A DNA stretch of 63,155 nucleotides, counting the filler, from Octopus bimaculoides (Eukaryota), in NCBI RefSeq assembly GCF_001194135.2. It is 6 parts of 6 records of this genome, joined end to end, with 100 filler letters (N's around TTAATTAATTAA, not from the genome) between each part and the next. Parts side by side here need not be neighbours in the genome. Positions count along the whole stretch, not along the records: positions 16,815 to 46,098 come from NC_068990.1; positions 46,199 to 58,320 come from NC_068983.1; 4 more parts are not named here. The stretch is one strand, 5' to 3'. Positions 35,361 to 48,911 of this stretch are shown in pieces. Made by a program: the position numbers and the translations under genes. Position 1 is the stretch's first letter. Each line of letters begins with the position of its first letter. Under the pieces are notes generated by a model. It saw nothing but the letters and a program-made list of their open reading frames with translations. It searched no databases and was not told the origin of the DNA.

Positions 35361-36056
35361 CTACGCAAAAAAACATTTCAAAGGCCTGCCCTCTACCACC
35401 ACATTCAGCTTGTTTCCTTCGGGCAGTACTATTTCTTCAATTATGGAATTCAGATCTTCCAGGATGGCTTGAATTTTCATTTCTAGCTCGTACCCCCAGA
35501 AGTCCAACTTTTGAGTTCTTGTTGCCTTTAATATTTTCGGACTCTGTTTCATGTGAAACAAGACTGCCGCCATAATCCACGTCTCGTCGTATTCGGGTGG
35601 GACTTTACCCACCCTTATTCTCGCCATTCTTTTCCCGCAGTAACTCATTGGGAAAGCCCACTCGTCATTCCTAATTACGTCTACTGCATGCTCTGCTGCT
35701 ACTTCTTCAGATGCGAACCAAACTTCTACCACTCCGAACTTCTGACTTCTTGTTACAAAAGTCGTCAGGTGTTTAATATTTTTGAGTGTTTTTTCTATAC
35801 TCTCAGTCGTTGCGGTTTCTAATTTTCCTGTGGACAATTTTAAAGTCTTATACAGGACCGTTCTTTTTTGTAAACTTTCCGAAAATTCCTTTGGCGGTAC
35901 CAGAGAGAGTGCTGTTCCTTGATTCGTTAACAATTTTCCACCTTCTTTAATTATGTCTGTTTCTACCTTTACGTCCGTCACTGTTATCAAGGTAATATTG
36001 TTACTACCTGTTGCCGCCGCTGCATAGTTCTAGCTCGAGGTATTCAAATTCTCCAT
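35361..36056 (-). pseudogene. ORF1 (gag-like) of a Tx1/L1-clade LINE, with CpG-rich 5' UTR to about 36260
   Basis: MENLNTSS*NYAAAATG...RIRVGKVPPEY...LNVVVEGRPLKCFF(A*)QK. The YAAAA start and the V.VEGRP..CF.C knuckle entry are typical of Tx1-type ORF1. Confidence 0.65.
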
Positions 36057-36302
36057 TATACAATTGAATCACAAACAACAGAAATATACATGCACACCCG
36101 CGCAGGGAAAGCCTTCAACAATCAGTAATAATTAATTCACAATCAATTAACATGTAACTCACAAAAATTAACTCCAACAATCTCTGACGACTCCAACCGA
36201 CGGCTCCGACTCGCTCTACGCGACGCTTCCCGTCTAGCTATCACGTCCACTATTTATACGTATTGGACTAGCCTACTTATCGTCTGGAGGCGTCCACACA
36301 AC

Positions 36303-36996
36303 ACAAAGAAACAAGAATCCACAATATGGTTGAAGCCATAGCCACTCATAATTAAAAAGGAGTACTGTTGAAATGTACCAGTGAGGATCTCAATAAAATG
36401 TAAGCACAACAGACCTGATATAATGATTCGGAATAAAGAAGAGAAACTATGAACAGTTGTGGAAATTAGCTGCCCAGCAGATTTTAATACAAAGCTGAAG
36501 ACCAGTGAAAAAAAGAATACCTAAGGTGAACTATTGAGAAATCTGCAGTTACTCTATCCAGATTACAAGTTCAGGTTTATAGCTGTAATTATTGGGGCCC
36601 TGTGATATGTAACACACTGCCTATCTACTAATCTTGAGAAATAAGGCTTCTCAAAACCAGAAAGAAGAAAGCTAATTCAAAGACTACAGATCCAATCCAT
36701 CACTGGAACTGTAAAAATCTGTAAAATTTTCCAGGAGTTTATCATTTAAATATATATAAGCATGTCTAGATATGCAACTATATGCATGAGAATACACATA
36801 TAAGACATACAAATCTGCACATACATACATACATACATACATACATACATACATACATACATACATACATACGTACATACATACATACATACATACCCTG
36901 TTGTTGATGTTGAAATTTCAATTTAAGGAACCTTGGTTCTAGGTTAGAAACCAGTTCTTTCTCTATTGGCAAGAAATCTTGAAATAAACTGAATAA
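36303..36996 (+). mobile_element. RLE family X copy 2, internal (CATA)n in the 3' UTR, followed by (CATA)n
   Basis: Colinear with 22000-22636, includes HNRPDIMI and ISCPAD, and has the same aactgaataa 3' end. Confidence 0.9.
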
Positions 36997-37001
36997 CATG
37001 C

Positions 37002-37032
<31 letters not shown>

Positions 37033-37601
37033 CATTTTGAAGCACCTTATCCAAGGAGAGATTTGTCTTAATCTCGTTGTGCTATGAAACTAGATTTAAG
37101 CACCACCTATCCTTACGGTGCAGGAAATGCTTATTTAAACGTATGTGTGCGTGTGTATTCAGCAGCTTCCGTGCTTGCTCCTTACAAATAAAATACAATA
37201 TTACGAAAAACTCTAACAATAATCTATACCCTAAAACCGCGTAGCCACACACACACACACACATACACACACGCACGCACATACACACACACACCTTATA
37301 CGCTATATACGCCGTCGTTATGCTATCTCTGGTGTGTAATCAAAGTAGTTTAACTATAAACAAACCGAGCGACACGCTCTTATTTAATAGGAAATTCTCT
37401 GTTTGTATACAATAACGTTATAGTTGAAGTAGCTGTTTATGTACGGCTTGTGTATATATTTCTGCGAGTATCTTGAATATGTGTATACTCATATATAGGT
37501 GTTAGCGTGTACAACTGGGTAAATATGAATTCACACATACACACACATAATTACACACGATATATATGTGTGCGCCATTCTGTATGTGTTTGTGCATATA
37601 T

Positions 37602-37660
<59 letters not shown>

Positions 37661-37842
37661 CATACATACATACATATTTACATATTTATATACATATAAA
37701 ACAAATATACATATATACATACACACACACACATATATGCAGACAGATAGACCTACGTTCATACATTCATACACGCGTAAAATTCCACATATGTGTAAAC
37801 AAATACACCTCACCTTCTTTGTATAAATGTGTGTGTGCGCGC

Positions 37843-37895
<53 letters not shown>

Positions 37896-38349
37896 CAGTG
37901 CAGCGTTTGTGTGCGCGAATTAGAATAATCCTCCTACACATGTTAGTTACAACCGCATCACCCTAACCTAAACAGTTTTGAATGAATTATTTTGGTGTAA
38001 AACATTTCAGTACTGCTTAGAACATCCAACCTTGATGGACGAGGCCATCTCAGATCACACCCCTATTTCATTATCCGTACCCCTACGTTTTAATATATAC
38101 TAGGTATTCGCACTAAATTTTACGATTTTTATGTCTCCTTTTTTTTTTGTTTGAGGAACAGCTTGGAATATTGGTGAACTTCAACGGTGTTGGAGAGCAT
38201 AGAGATTAAAGTTGTAGTCCTCAAATAAAGGACTGGAAGCCACCTGAATATTGTAAAAGTGTCGCCCCTTGATGATTTACGCCGGGTATCAAAATGATGA
38301 TATCATGGCTGATGGGCAATGCTCTGTGAACTCTGTGAAGGATGTAAGA

Positions 38350-38545
38350 CGTGACATTTCCCACGTATTGTGCAAACTAAGTATCCTCAAACTTGGATGT
38401 GTCTCTAGTGAGGGTGACGTCATACCGCCCCACGTCTTTGAACAGAGCCTTAGGCTCAATTCAGATCGCTATGTGAAGCTGCTGGAGAATGTGGTCAATC
38501 CCTGGCTAGAGAAGGTTGTTGCTAGAACGCTATACATGTGGTAGC
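38350..38545 (+). pseudogene. Tc1/mariner-superfamily transposase fragment (maT/DD37D-like)
   Basis: LGCVSSEGDVIPPHVFEQSLRLNSDRYVKLLENVVNPWLEKVVARTLYMW resembles V.SEGDVMPPH.F..GLR.N...Y...L...V.PW......R.YVWQQD. Confidence 0.65.
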
Positions 38546-38902
38546 AACACCAAGGCTGAGCCAGTGGTCAAGATTAAGGGATACCCGAAGATCTTCCGAG
38601 GGACTCAGTGAGGAACGTATGCGCCTTTTAATTTTGGATGGCATATTGTTTTCTTTTCTCTTTATGCAAACAGTCAAATTTAACCCGAACACTATGTTTT
38701 ACACCAATCTTTCATATACACCTATTTCTTACACATTACATATATATGTACAAATATTAGTAATTATTTAAGTATTGGGTATGTACCTAGTAGTCAGCCG
38801 GTGCAGCACGTTCATTACCTATGGCTACCTGACGTCATTTACACAATCGTATCGACAAGATTGTCGGTGGATCTAACTCTGGAATTCTTTAGTGTTCGTT
38901 GA

Positions 38903-39016
38903 GTATATAATAAATGACAGAAACGGAAAATGGGATATACAAGAAACAAAACGATCGTTGTAAGGAATAAAGTTTCTTGTATATCCCATTTTCCTTCTCT
39001 ATCATTTGTTATATAT
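38903..39016. repeat. Compact hairpin: 35-bp core arms (38913-38947 / 38972-39006, 3 mismatches) and 24-nt loop
   Basis: aatgacagaaacggaaaatgggatatacaagaaac versus gtttcttgtatatcccattttccttctctatcatt; pairing extends into the TA-rich flanks. Confidence 0.9.
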
Positions 39017-39442
39017 ANNNNNNNNNNNNNNNNNNNNNNNNNNNNNNNNNNNNNNNNNNNNNNNNNNNNNNNNNNNNNNNNNNNNNNNNNNNNNNNNNNN
39101 NNNNNNNNNNNNNNNNNNNNNNNNNNNNNNNNNNNNNNNNNNNNNNNNNNNNNNNNNNNNNNNNNNNNNNNNNNNNNNNNNNNNNNNNNNNNNNNNNNNN
39201 NNNNNNNNNNNNNNNNNNNNNNNNNNNNNNNNNNNNNNNNNNNNNNNNNNNNNNNNNNNNNNNNNNNNNNNNNNNNNNNNNNNNNNNNNNNNNNNNNNNN
39301 NNNNNNNNNNNNNNNNNNNNNNNNNNNNNNNNNNNNNNNNNNNNNNNNNNNNNNNNNNNNNNNNNNNNNNNNNNNNNNNNNNNNNNNNNNNNNNNNNNNN
39401 NNNNNNNNNNNNNNNNNNNNNNNNNNNNNNNNNNNNNNNNNN

Positions 39443-39473
<31 letters not shown>

Positions 39474-40584
39474 CATATATATGTGTGTTTGTGTGCGTGC
39501 AAACGTGTGTACTGGTGTGCACATTTGTCCGTTTGTATGTATTCCTGATGTACATGAGATTTTGTGTATGTGTTCAGCCCAGAACCTCAAGTGGAGAATC
39601 CTGGAATGTTTTGTATATTCTCACTTTTCTTCTAACCGATTGTATTTGGTAAATACGAATCCATTTGTTCTTTTTTAGAGAACCCCAGTATTTCCGGTTT
39701 TCTATGCTGATCAATTATTTTGTGGCCCACTGCACTTATTACAATGTGTAATACAATTTTTGTCTTTGGATAACATCTGTTATTTCCTATTTGATTATCC
39801 CTAGAATGTATGAAAAATGGTAAATATCTCCTTCAGACTCCAAAAAATCCCTCATAACACATGGCTATGATGTTCTCCCACTACTCTTGCTCATGATCAG
39901 AGAAGCACATATTGTCAGCCACTAAAGGGACATGCTCAAGTGGTTATGGTCAAACAACTGACAAGCAAATGTGTGGTATTGAGCAGGATATTTGCAATAA
40001 CGATATTTCTGCTACAGCAACTCAACGCTAAATTTGTCTAAAATGCAATGCAAAGTAGATCAGTTTCAAAACATTGATGTCCTGATCATAAAAGCAAAGT
40101 TTTGAATTTATTGAGGGTCAAAGTTAGGAACAAAAACAGGACAGGGAAGACATACAGGGAAACCGGACAAAAACAAACATGGAGGGTCGTTATCCAAAGT
40201 TTTATTTTGGTATTTATCGGAGCAACTGTCTTCGGAGACTCATATTGTCGTTGATTGCTCGAAATGGAGAACAGATAGACAGCTGGCAACTGATGAAGGG
40301 TCATTCTTTGTATTACTTGTCCTTTTTTCTCTCTCTCGTTATTTGCGTATTTAACTCATTTGTTTTCGTATTTCATATTGCATATATGTACCCATATATG
40401 CATATATANNNNNNNNNNNNNNNNNNNNNNNNNNNATATGTATGTATGTTTGTATGTATGCATGCATGTATTATGTATGTGTGTATGTATGTATGTTTGT
40501 ATGTATGCATGCATGTACTATGTATGTGTGTATGTATGTATGTTTGTATGTATGTATGTATGTATGTATGTATATAGGTATGTA

Positions 40585-40670
40585 TGTGACTGTGTCTTTG
40601 TGTCTGTGTTTGTCCCCCGATGTTGATGTGTTCACGTTCCCGTAACTTAGAGGTCCGGGAATGTGTGTGT
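40585..40670 (+). mobile_element. SINE family A middle fragment
   Basis: gtgtctgtgtttgtccccc...gtgttcacgttcccgtaacttag. Confidence 0.65.
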
Positions 40671-40714
40671 ATGNNNNNNNNNNNNNNNNNNNNNNNNNNN
40701 NNNNNNNNNNNNNN

Positions 40715-40780
<66 letters not shown>

Positions 40781-43700
40781 ATGCATATTTTCACAAATAC
40801 GTATATACATACACACACCGCACACGCATGCTTGCTTAAAGGCACAAAATCGGACGTACAGCGTCAGAATGTTAAGTTTTGTAACAGATGTCCCCCGAAA
40901 AAAATGGCTGCCGTTGTGCTTCTTAAACCAACATCGAATGTCTTTGTTACAATTGCCATGTTGTATTCTTATCTTCACCATGTTTGTTTATTCAATGGAC
41001 AAGAGAGGCTGTAGCAGCTTTACTAATTCCTTTATGTATGTGCAGTAGCTTGATTAAAGACAGAAGTGATGATGTCTTTTAAGTAATCATGTGTCTTATC
41101 TTGGCAGAATGTTTGACAAAACAAGTTACAATAGTAAAGTCGCTCACAAAAACTGGTTGTTCTTTCGAGATCTCCATAAAATTCTTGAAGTGATTCCTCA
41201 TATTCCGTAACCTTATACTTACGAATCTAAATCAAATAAAAGCTTTTCTTAATTGGAATCATGTGATTTTGGTCGAATGTAATATGTTGGGATTATGTAT
41301 ATCTGTGTGTAGCTACCGATAGAGAGAGAGGGGGAGGGAGAGAGGTGGTTAAAAGCAGATTAACATTTTAATGTTTTTATTTTATTTCAGTTGGATTAGA
41401 TACGACAATCGATTTGCCTTTTTACTTCGCCAAAAATGAGTAATAGTCATCTAAAAATAGCAGTCAAATATCTCTCAAGTTCTATCTTACCGTTTGAGAA
41501 AATGACACACTGGATAATATCGTCCTGAATGTATCTTGTATGGGAAAATATGGAATGGTATCAGATAGGATGCGCTCGATGATAGCTCTCTCTACTGGAC
41601 CAAAACTGACTCAGGGCCAAATATCAACAAATACCAATGATATAACGAACTTATCAGTTGACTTTAAATTCCTACAGCTCATCTTTAAAACTGATTTGTG
41701 TTTAAGATAAAGGTATAGACTTGCATAGAAAATATAGTTGGTTGGTTTGGTGTTCCTCTGGAACTCAACACAAGTGTAAATAATGGTAAATTTTGGCACA
41801 AAACCAACAATTTTAGACCAGGAAGAAGAGCGCCAAGCTTGAAACGGAGAACTTGGCTCAATTGCATCATTAAATATTTGTGCTTAAATGTGTGTGTATG
41901 TTGCATGCATATTTCCACCATTATAAAATAATATATGTTTCATATCTCATTGAGGGGTGGGTTTATTTCATGCACCTTTGAATAAAGTGTATGAGTTTGC
42001 TTTTACCTGTGTCACTGTGTGTGTATGCAGGCATTTATGTATATATGCGTGTGTATGGATGTATGTGTGCATGTATGTACATAATGTATACATGTATACA
42101 TTTAACACCTAAATATATTAGCAGACTAGATGCTACCTTGTATGTATATCTATACATGAAAGAAAAAATAATTTTTCTTACGGTGTATATTTATGGAAAG
42201 TTAATTACCAATTATCACAAGGTTTGGTGGGAAAGTCAAAAGAAAAACGAAACAGTGAAGCCAGGAATTATAAATCTTTGATGATATTTCCGTTGGGACT
42301 ATTTTTCTTCTACCACTAATAACTAAGAAGCCTTCATCACCAGAACCTTCCCTGAAAATGTACGACAAGGTTATAGCAACGAGAGTTAGTAAATTGATTT
42401 AATCTTTACTGGTCCACGTCAGCAATGTTGTGGCTCAAGATCCAATCAGCAAGACCCCATGTGTCCATTCAATTTGCAAGAACTAGAACGGTTAAATTGT
42501 ACTCTGTCAACTTTAATAATAGAGGGATTCGGTAAATAATTTAGTCCTAACTACATTAATCTTGAAAAGAAAAATTCGTGGTTGTGGCATGAAGGCTTTT
42601 ACTCTCGAGCTGGTTTGTTCAGTCAAGACTGATCCTGGATTTACAGCATTTTATTCTCGAAGAAATTGGTCGAATGACACATTCATATAGAGACATATTC
42701 GTAGAAAAAAAAATGGTCGAAAGACAAACTAATGGGAAATATATTAGTCGAATGTAAGATGGAATATTTGCTGTAATATGAATATTATTAATATTTTTCA
42801 AAGAAATAAGTATTACCAATTATAGGTTATGTTTCTATATATTATTGCCCGACTTAACCCCTAGTCAACTCAGATCGAGTAAATCTATGATTAAAGGTAA
42901 CCCACGTGTGACCATCCAAATTTTTTCAGCTCGTTCCCAATTTTTTCAAAGTGTATTGAGTATTACATTATTCATCAAGTCGCTCTTTTCAAATCTGTAA
43001 AGTGTGATGTAGGAGGGGACATTATTGTTATTTCTAGCAGGTCAAATGACCCCCTAAAACCCTTCTCGATGGTTCGCCAAAAATTCTAGTTGAAATCTTG
43101 GCACTTATTCAGAAAAGCTTGGTATTTGTAAATACCCCACCGCCACTATCTCTAACTTCTTTGTATATGTTTTTGTGTTCTTAGTGTGTGTGTTTTTTAT
43201 AACATCAGAGATTAAGTTCTTCTATTTTCTTTTTATTTGTCAGAAAAAGATTAGGATTACAGGATTTAAAGCTTTATTTTAATGTGTGCGTTTACGAACA
43301 TAATTTATTTTTTTCATATTTATTTCGTTTGCATTTGCTGTGTATAAGTATATTTTTTTTTTTATCCTTAATAAACTCTAACAACAGAATTTCGTATTTT
43401 CCTAACATGAAACTGAAGACTAATGCTTTCAACATTGAATTCACTTTGCTTTCGTTATTATGAAAACTAATACATCTTTTTACAATATAGAATAGTATAT
43501 ATACATATATAATATAGAAATAATATAATAATATAATATAAATATAGAAATAATATATAATGTAATAATATAATAACAATCGTCATCTTTTAACGTCCGT
43601 CTTCCATGCTGACATGGGTGCTACTGTTGTGTTACGTTGTGTTATGTGGTGTGGTGTGGTGTGGTGTGGTGTGGTGTAGTGTGTGTCTGTGCGTGTGTGT

Positions 43701-44079
43701 AGCGAGAGAGAGAAAGAGAGAGGGAGAGGCAGACAGACAAATACTGATAAATTTGCATACATATTTACACTCACACATGTATACAAATGCATGTATATCG
43801 GCATGTATGTACGCATACGTGTATATATGTATGTGTATATATGCATCTTTGTACGCATTTCGGTATATATGTATGTACATAAGTATGCTTTATTGTATAC
43901 ACATTCATAAATATATACATAATACGGTGGCTGTTCACTTTGTTATTGAGTATGATCGCCTTTTGTGCTAAAAATATGGAATGACATGCAGCAGTATGGA
44001 ATGACCAAGACTTCGCTTTTAAGAATCTCAACGAAACTTCATTGCGGGACGCAGCACCACGGATGACCGCAGAATTGCC

Positions 44080-44500
44080 AATGCGAATAAAGTACCATCT
44101 TTCTCTAAGACACGACATTGCTGCCCAAATTATTCACGTTACCCGTAGGAAGGTCCGACCAGATGGTTTTATTTCAGGCACATTAGAAGCAGAATATCAT
44201 TCACAACTTTTAAAATATGAAATACTAATGGAAACCTTCCAAAAAAAAAAACTACAATTTGATGCAAACATAATAGGGATAAGAACCAAAACCGATAGAC
44301 TGTGGTAGAGGACAATCACGTAGTGGATGTAAATTTATCGTCTGGTGTTGTTGAGAAAGAATTTGTGGAATAAATGCGGAAATCATAATTCTTGTTTACC
44401 AGATCTCGAGCTTCAAAGATCAGCATAAAAGCCTTGAAATGATTGGATTTTTAAAGAAATAATAAAGCGAACAGATTTACATTCCTAAATGTGATTGATT
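44080..44500 (+). mobile_element. Very old RLE family X-related relic
   Basis: KYHLSLRHDIAAQII resembles (Y)LPMRHDVVA; downstream SLEMIGF.K.IIKR resembles NLEKLGF...LIRR. Confidence 0.4.
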
Positions 44501-45503
44501 TGAGGTAAAGGGAAATTGGTTAAATATTTCAGAGACTCTCTATTTTAATTCGCTTAGAAAGAAATGTGTGTACACCATGCCATGTTTTTATGGCCTACAC
44601 ATGTGCAGCCATGTCCTGAAGAATTACGCACTCCTATTACATGAGCACATATACGTCCATACACTTCATATAAAGACAGGCTAATATACTCCTTCATATA
44701 AAGACAGGCTAATTCGCATATTCATAAATCCTTTTAACTGTCTTGACCCAAAGTAAAACGCCCTGTCACTGTGTTCATGACCGGTTGGAATTCTATGAAG
44801 AATCTAAATATATTTGAAAGAAAAACGTACATAAACAAATACATACTTAGACATATATACATTTATGTATGACGGTATAACGGCATGAATGTGTGTCTGT
44901 TTGTATATATGTATACACGCATATTTTTGTGAATACATATCTATGTATGTGTACAATGTATATACATANNNNNNNNNNNNNNNNNNNNNNNNNNNNNNNN
45001 NNNNNNNNNNNNNNNNNNNNNNNNNNNNNNNNNNNNNNNNNNNNNNNNNNNNNNNNNNNNNNNNNNNNNNNNNNNNNNNNNNNNNNNNNNNNNNNNNNNN
45101 NNNNNNNNNNNNNNNNNNNNNNNNNNNNNNNNNNNNNNNNNNNNNNNNNNNNNNNNNNNNNNNNNNNNNNNNNNNNNNNNNNNNNNNNNNNNNNNNNNNN
45201 NNNNNNNNNNNNNNNNNNNNNNNNNNNNNNNNNNNNNNNNNNNNNNNNNNNNNNNNNNNNNNNNNNNNNNNNNNNNNNNNNNNNNNNNNNNNNNNNNNNN
45301 NNNNNNNNNNNNNNNNNNNNNNNNNNNNNNNNNNNNNNNNNNNNNNNNNNNNNNNNNNNNNNNNNNNNNNNNNNNNNNNNNNNNNNNNNNNNNNNNNNNN
45401 NNNNNNNNNNNNNNNNNNNNNNNNNNNNNNNNNNNNNNNNNNNNNNNNNNNNNNNNNNNNNNNNNNNNNNNNNNNNNNNNNNNNNNNNNNNNNNNNNNNN
45501 NNN

Positions 45504-45578
<75 letters not shown>

Positions 45579-45715
45579 TGCGTGTTTGCTTGCGTGTGTG
45601 TATAATTATTATTCTGTTCTTTGTTCCTTCGCCGATCTTCATTACTTTTTCGTCTCCATCAACTTCTTTTTCTATATTATTCTTGTTTTACATCTTGAAA
45701 AAATATTATTATTAT

Positions 45716-45751
<36 letters not shown>

Positions 45752-46066
45752 AGCTATTATTGTTATTATCATCATCATCATCATCACCACCATCATCACC
45801 ATCATTATCATCATCATCATCGTCGGCGTCGTTATTATTATTATTTTTTTTTTTTACTATTATTAGTGGTGGTAGTAGTAGCAGCAATAATGAACAAAAC
45901 GAGAAGAAATTTTGACTCCTTGGCCCATATCTTCATAGCAAAATTTTTATGACTTATGTACTTTTACACTTCTGTCATATATAATTTATACGTGCACTTA
46001 GTTGTATAGTTATATATATAAGAGAGAGAGAGAGAGATAGAGAGAGAGAGAGGGGAGGGAGAGAGG

Positions 46067-46098
<32 letters not shown>

Positions 46099-46319
46099 NN
46101 NNNNNNNNNNNNNNNNNNNNNNNNNNNNNNNNNNNNNNNNNNTTAATTAATTAANNNNNNNNNNNNNNNNNNNNNNNNNNNNNNNNNNNNNNNNNNNNTT
46201 TTATATATACTTTATCTATAAGGCTCAATTTAATTTTTTATAAATTGATTTTAATTGAGTTTTTTACCTGTAATTTTGGATTTTGTCCCTAATAATATTA
46301 TATATATATATATATATAT

Positions 46320-46467
46320 ACAACGGGCTTCTTTCAGTTTCCGTCTACCAAATCCACTCACAAGGCTTTGGTCGGCCCGATGCTATAGGTGTCACGCAGT
46401 GGGACTGAACCCGGAATTATGTGGTTCGTAGGTAAGCTACTTACCACACAGCCACTCCAACGCCTAT
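46320..46467 (-). mobile_element. SINE family A, 5' part, with internal deletion
   Basis: caacgggcttctttcagtttccgtctacc...gtgggactgaacccgg...ttaccacacagccactccaacgcct. Confidence 0.88.
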
Positions 46468-46959
46468 TGTAAAATAATGTGCAAGATCTTCAAACCGAGT
46501 TTCGATTGAGTGCAATTGCTACTTAAAAGTATTTCATTTGCTTTACAGTGATGTTCTGTGGGAAATGTATGATTGTCAAAAACCTTTGGTCACCAGTTTC
46601 GTTCCAACGTATACGATCTTGCATTTTTTTTTTCTCAAAGTCGTGGACAATTACAGGCAGATTTCTCCATAGATACTTTTGAGAAACGGTGGGACTAACA
46701 AAACATTTATCTCATTCTTTTCCCTTCCGATGAAAAGTGTTTTGAGGTTCAATATTTCACTGACTTCTCGAGTTGTTCCTCTACATTTAGATTTCTACAC
46801 ACCACTTTTGCTACTCAGAAGTTTTCTTATTCCATCGACACAAGATTAATGTTGTTTCTTCAAGTTATGACATGAAATCAGCACGAAACCATAATATACT
46901 TGGGCTAATCATTTATGCATAATGTGTGTTTGTTTGTTTGTGTGTATGTGTGTGTGTGT

Positions 46960-47017
<58 letters not shown>

Positions 47018-47654
47018 TCTTAAAGGCAGATTGTTTGCGTGTTTATTTTTTTNNNNNNNNNNNNNNNNNNNNNNNNNNNNNNNNNNNNNNNNNNNNNNNN
47101 NNNNNNNNNNNNNNNNNNNNNNNNNNNNNNNNNNNNNNNNNNNNNNNNNNNNNNNNNNNNNNNNNNNNNNNNNNNNNNNNNNNNNNNNNNNNNNNNNNNN
47201 NNNNNNNNNNNNNNNNNNNNNNNNNNNNNNNNNNNNNNNNNNNNNNNNNNNNNNNNNNNNNNNNNNNNNNNNNNNNNNNNNNNNNNNNNNNNNNNNNNNN
47301 NNNNNNNNNNNNNNNNNNNNNNNNNNNNNNNNNNNNNNNNNNNNNNNNNNNNNNNNNNNNNNNNNNNNNNNNNNNNNNNNNNNNNNNNNNNNNNNNNNNN
47401 NNNNNNNNNNNNNNNNNNNNNNNNNNNNNNNNNNNNNNNNNNNNNNNNNNNNNNNNNNNNNNNNNNNNNNNNNNNNNNNNNNNNNNNNNNNNNNNNNNNN
47501 NNNNNNNNNNNNNNNNNNNNNNNNNNNNNNNNNNNNNNNNNNNNNNNNNNNNNNNNNNNNNNNNNNNNNNNNNNNNNNNNNNNNNNNNNNNNNNNNNNNN
47601 NNNNNNNNNNNNNNNNNNNNNNNNNNNNNNNNNNNNATATATATATATATATAC

Positions 47655-47697
<43 letters not shown>

Positions 47698-48569
47698 CAT
47701 ACATACATACATACATATATACATAATACTACATAAACACATAACCCCACACATAACGTCCGTACGTAGATGCATACATAGATTTATTTAATTATTCGAA
47801 ACTATAGTCTTGACACTTATTACATTACTATTCCATTTCTCAATACGATAAAAGTAACAGTAATCTCAGGCTAGCTGAGGAATGAAATCTCAGCTTCGAA
47901 AACATAAGTCAAGTCTACTACATGTAACTAGTTCTTTTTTTTTTATAGTTTTTTTTACATCTACTCACACACATATAGTGGGTGGTAGGGGCCCATAAAT
48001 TCTTCCTCTCTAAATATATTTGTATTTTATTTAGGACAGCAAAACCTTACTTCCATAACATTAGTAGAGATCTCGTGGTTTGAGGCAAGCCAGTGTTAGA
48101 ATTCGTGCCTAGTGTTCATATGATTATATGTCAAGCATTAATATCAATGTATCCATGTATGCTATATATAGATGTTGTTCCTCTATTTTCCCAGATAAAT
48201 TAAATTAAGAAAGATTTAATTGTTTTTTTTTTCAGATACATTATCACTCTACTACAAAATAATTAATTCCTGTTCGTTGATTGGAAGACCTATGTTATTC
48301 AATTGTTAATGAAAAGTTTATGGCTACAAATGTAAATGTAAAATTTAAGTAGCGAAGTCGTAAACATCAAATACTTATATATGCCGGCTTGGATGTACGC
48401 GCGTGTGTGCTTACAAGCAGAATATATGATTATCCTGTAATTACAATGTTATTTGTTCAAATAATTACACAGACGATTGCGTATATCACGATATGATGCT
48501 AACTGCAAAATTAATAATCCTATAATCTTACAGCATAATTTACCACACCTAGAAGAAAACTTAAATGGG

Positions 48570-48610
<41 letters not shown>

Positions 48611-48613
<3 letters not shown>

Positions 48614-48911
48614 TCTTTACTCTTTACTCTTTTACTCTTTTACTTGTTTCAGTCATTTGACTGTGGCCATGCTGGAGCACCGCCTTTTGGTCGAGCAAAT
48701 CGACCGCAGAACTTATTCTTTGGAAGCCTAGTACTTATTCTATCGGTCTCTTTTGCCGAACCGCTAAGTTACGGGAACGTAAACACGCCAGCATCGGCTG
48801 TCAAGCGATGTTGGGGTGGGGGTGGGGGACAAACACAGACACACAAACATATACACACACATACATATATACATATATACGACGGGCTTCTTTCAGTTTC
48901 CGTCTACCAAA
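48611..48911 (-). mobile_element. SINE family A, 3' two-thirds with (TACTCTT)n tail; a second tail fragment at 49043-49113
   Basis: Colinear with the other family A copies. Confidence 0.9.

Noticed and set aside
46549-46608. Possible 60-nt plus-strand exon DVLWEMYDCQKPLVTSFVP
   Set aside because: Weak donor (GTATAC), and opposite in strand to the stronger exon in the same segment.
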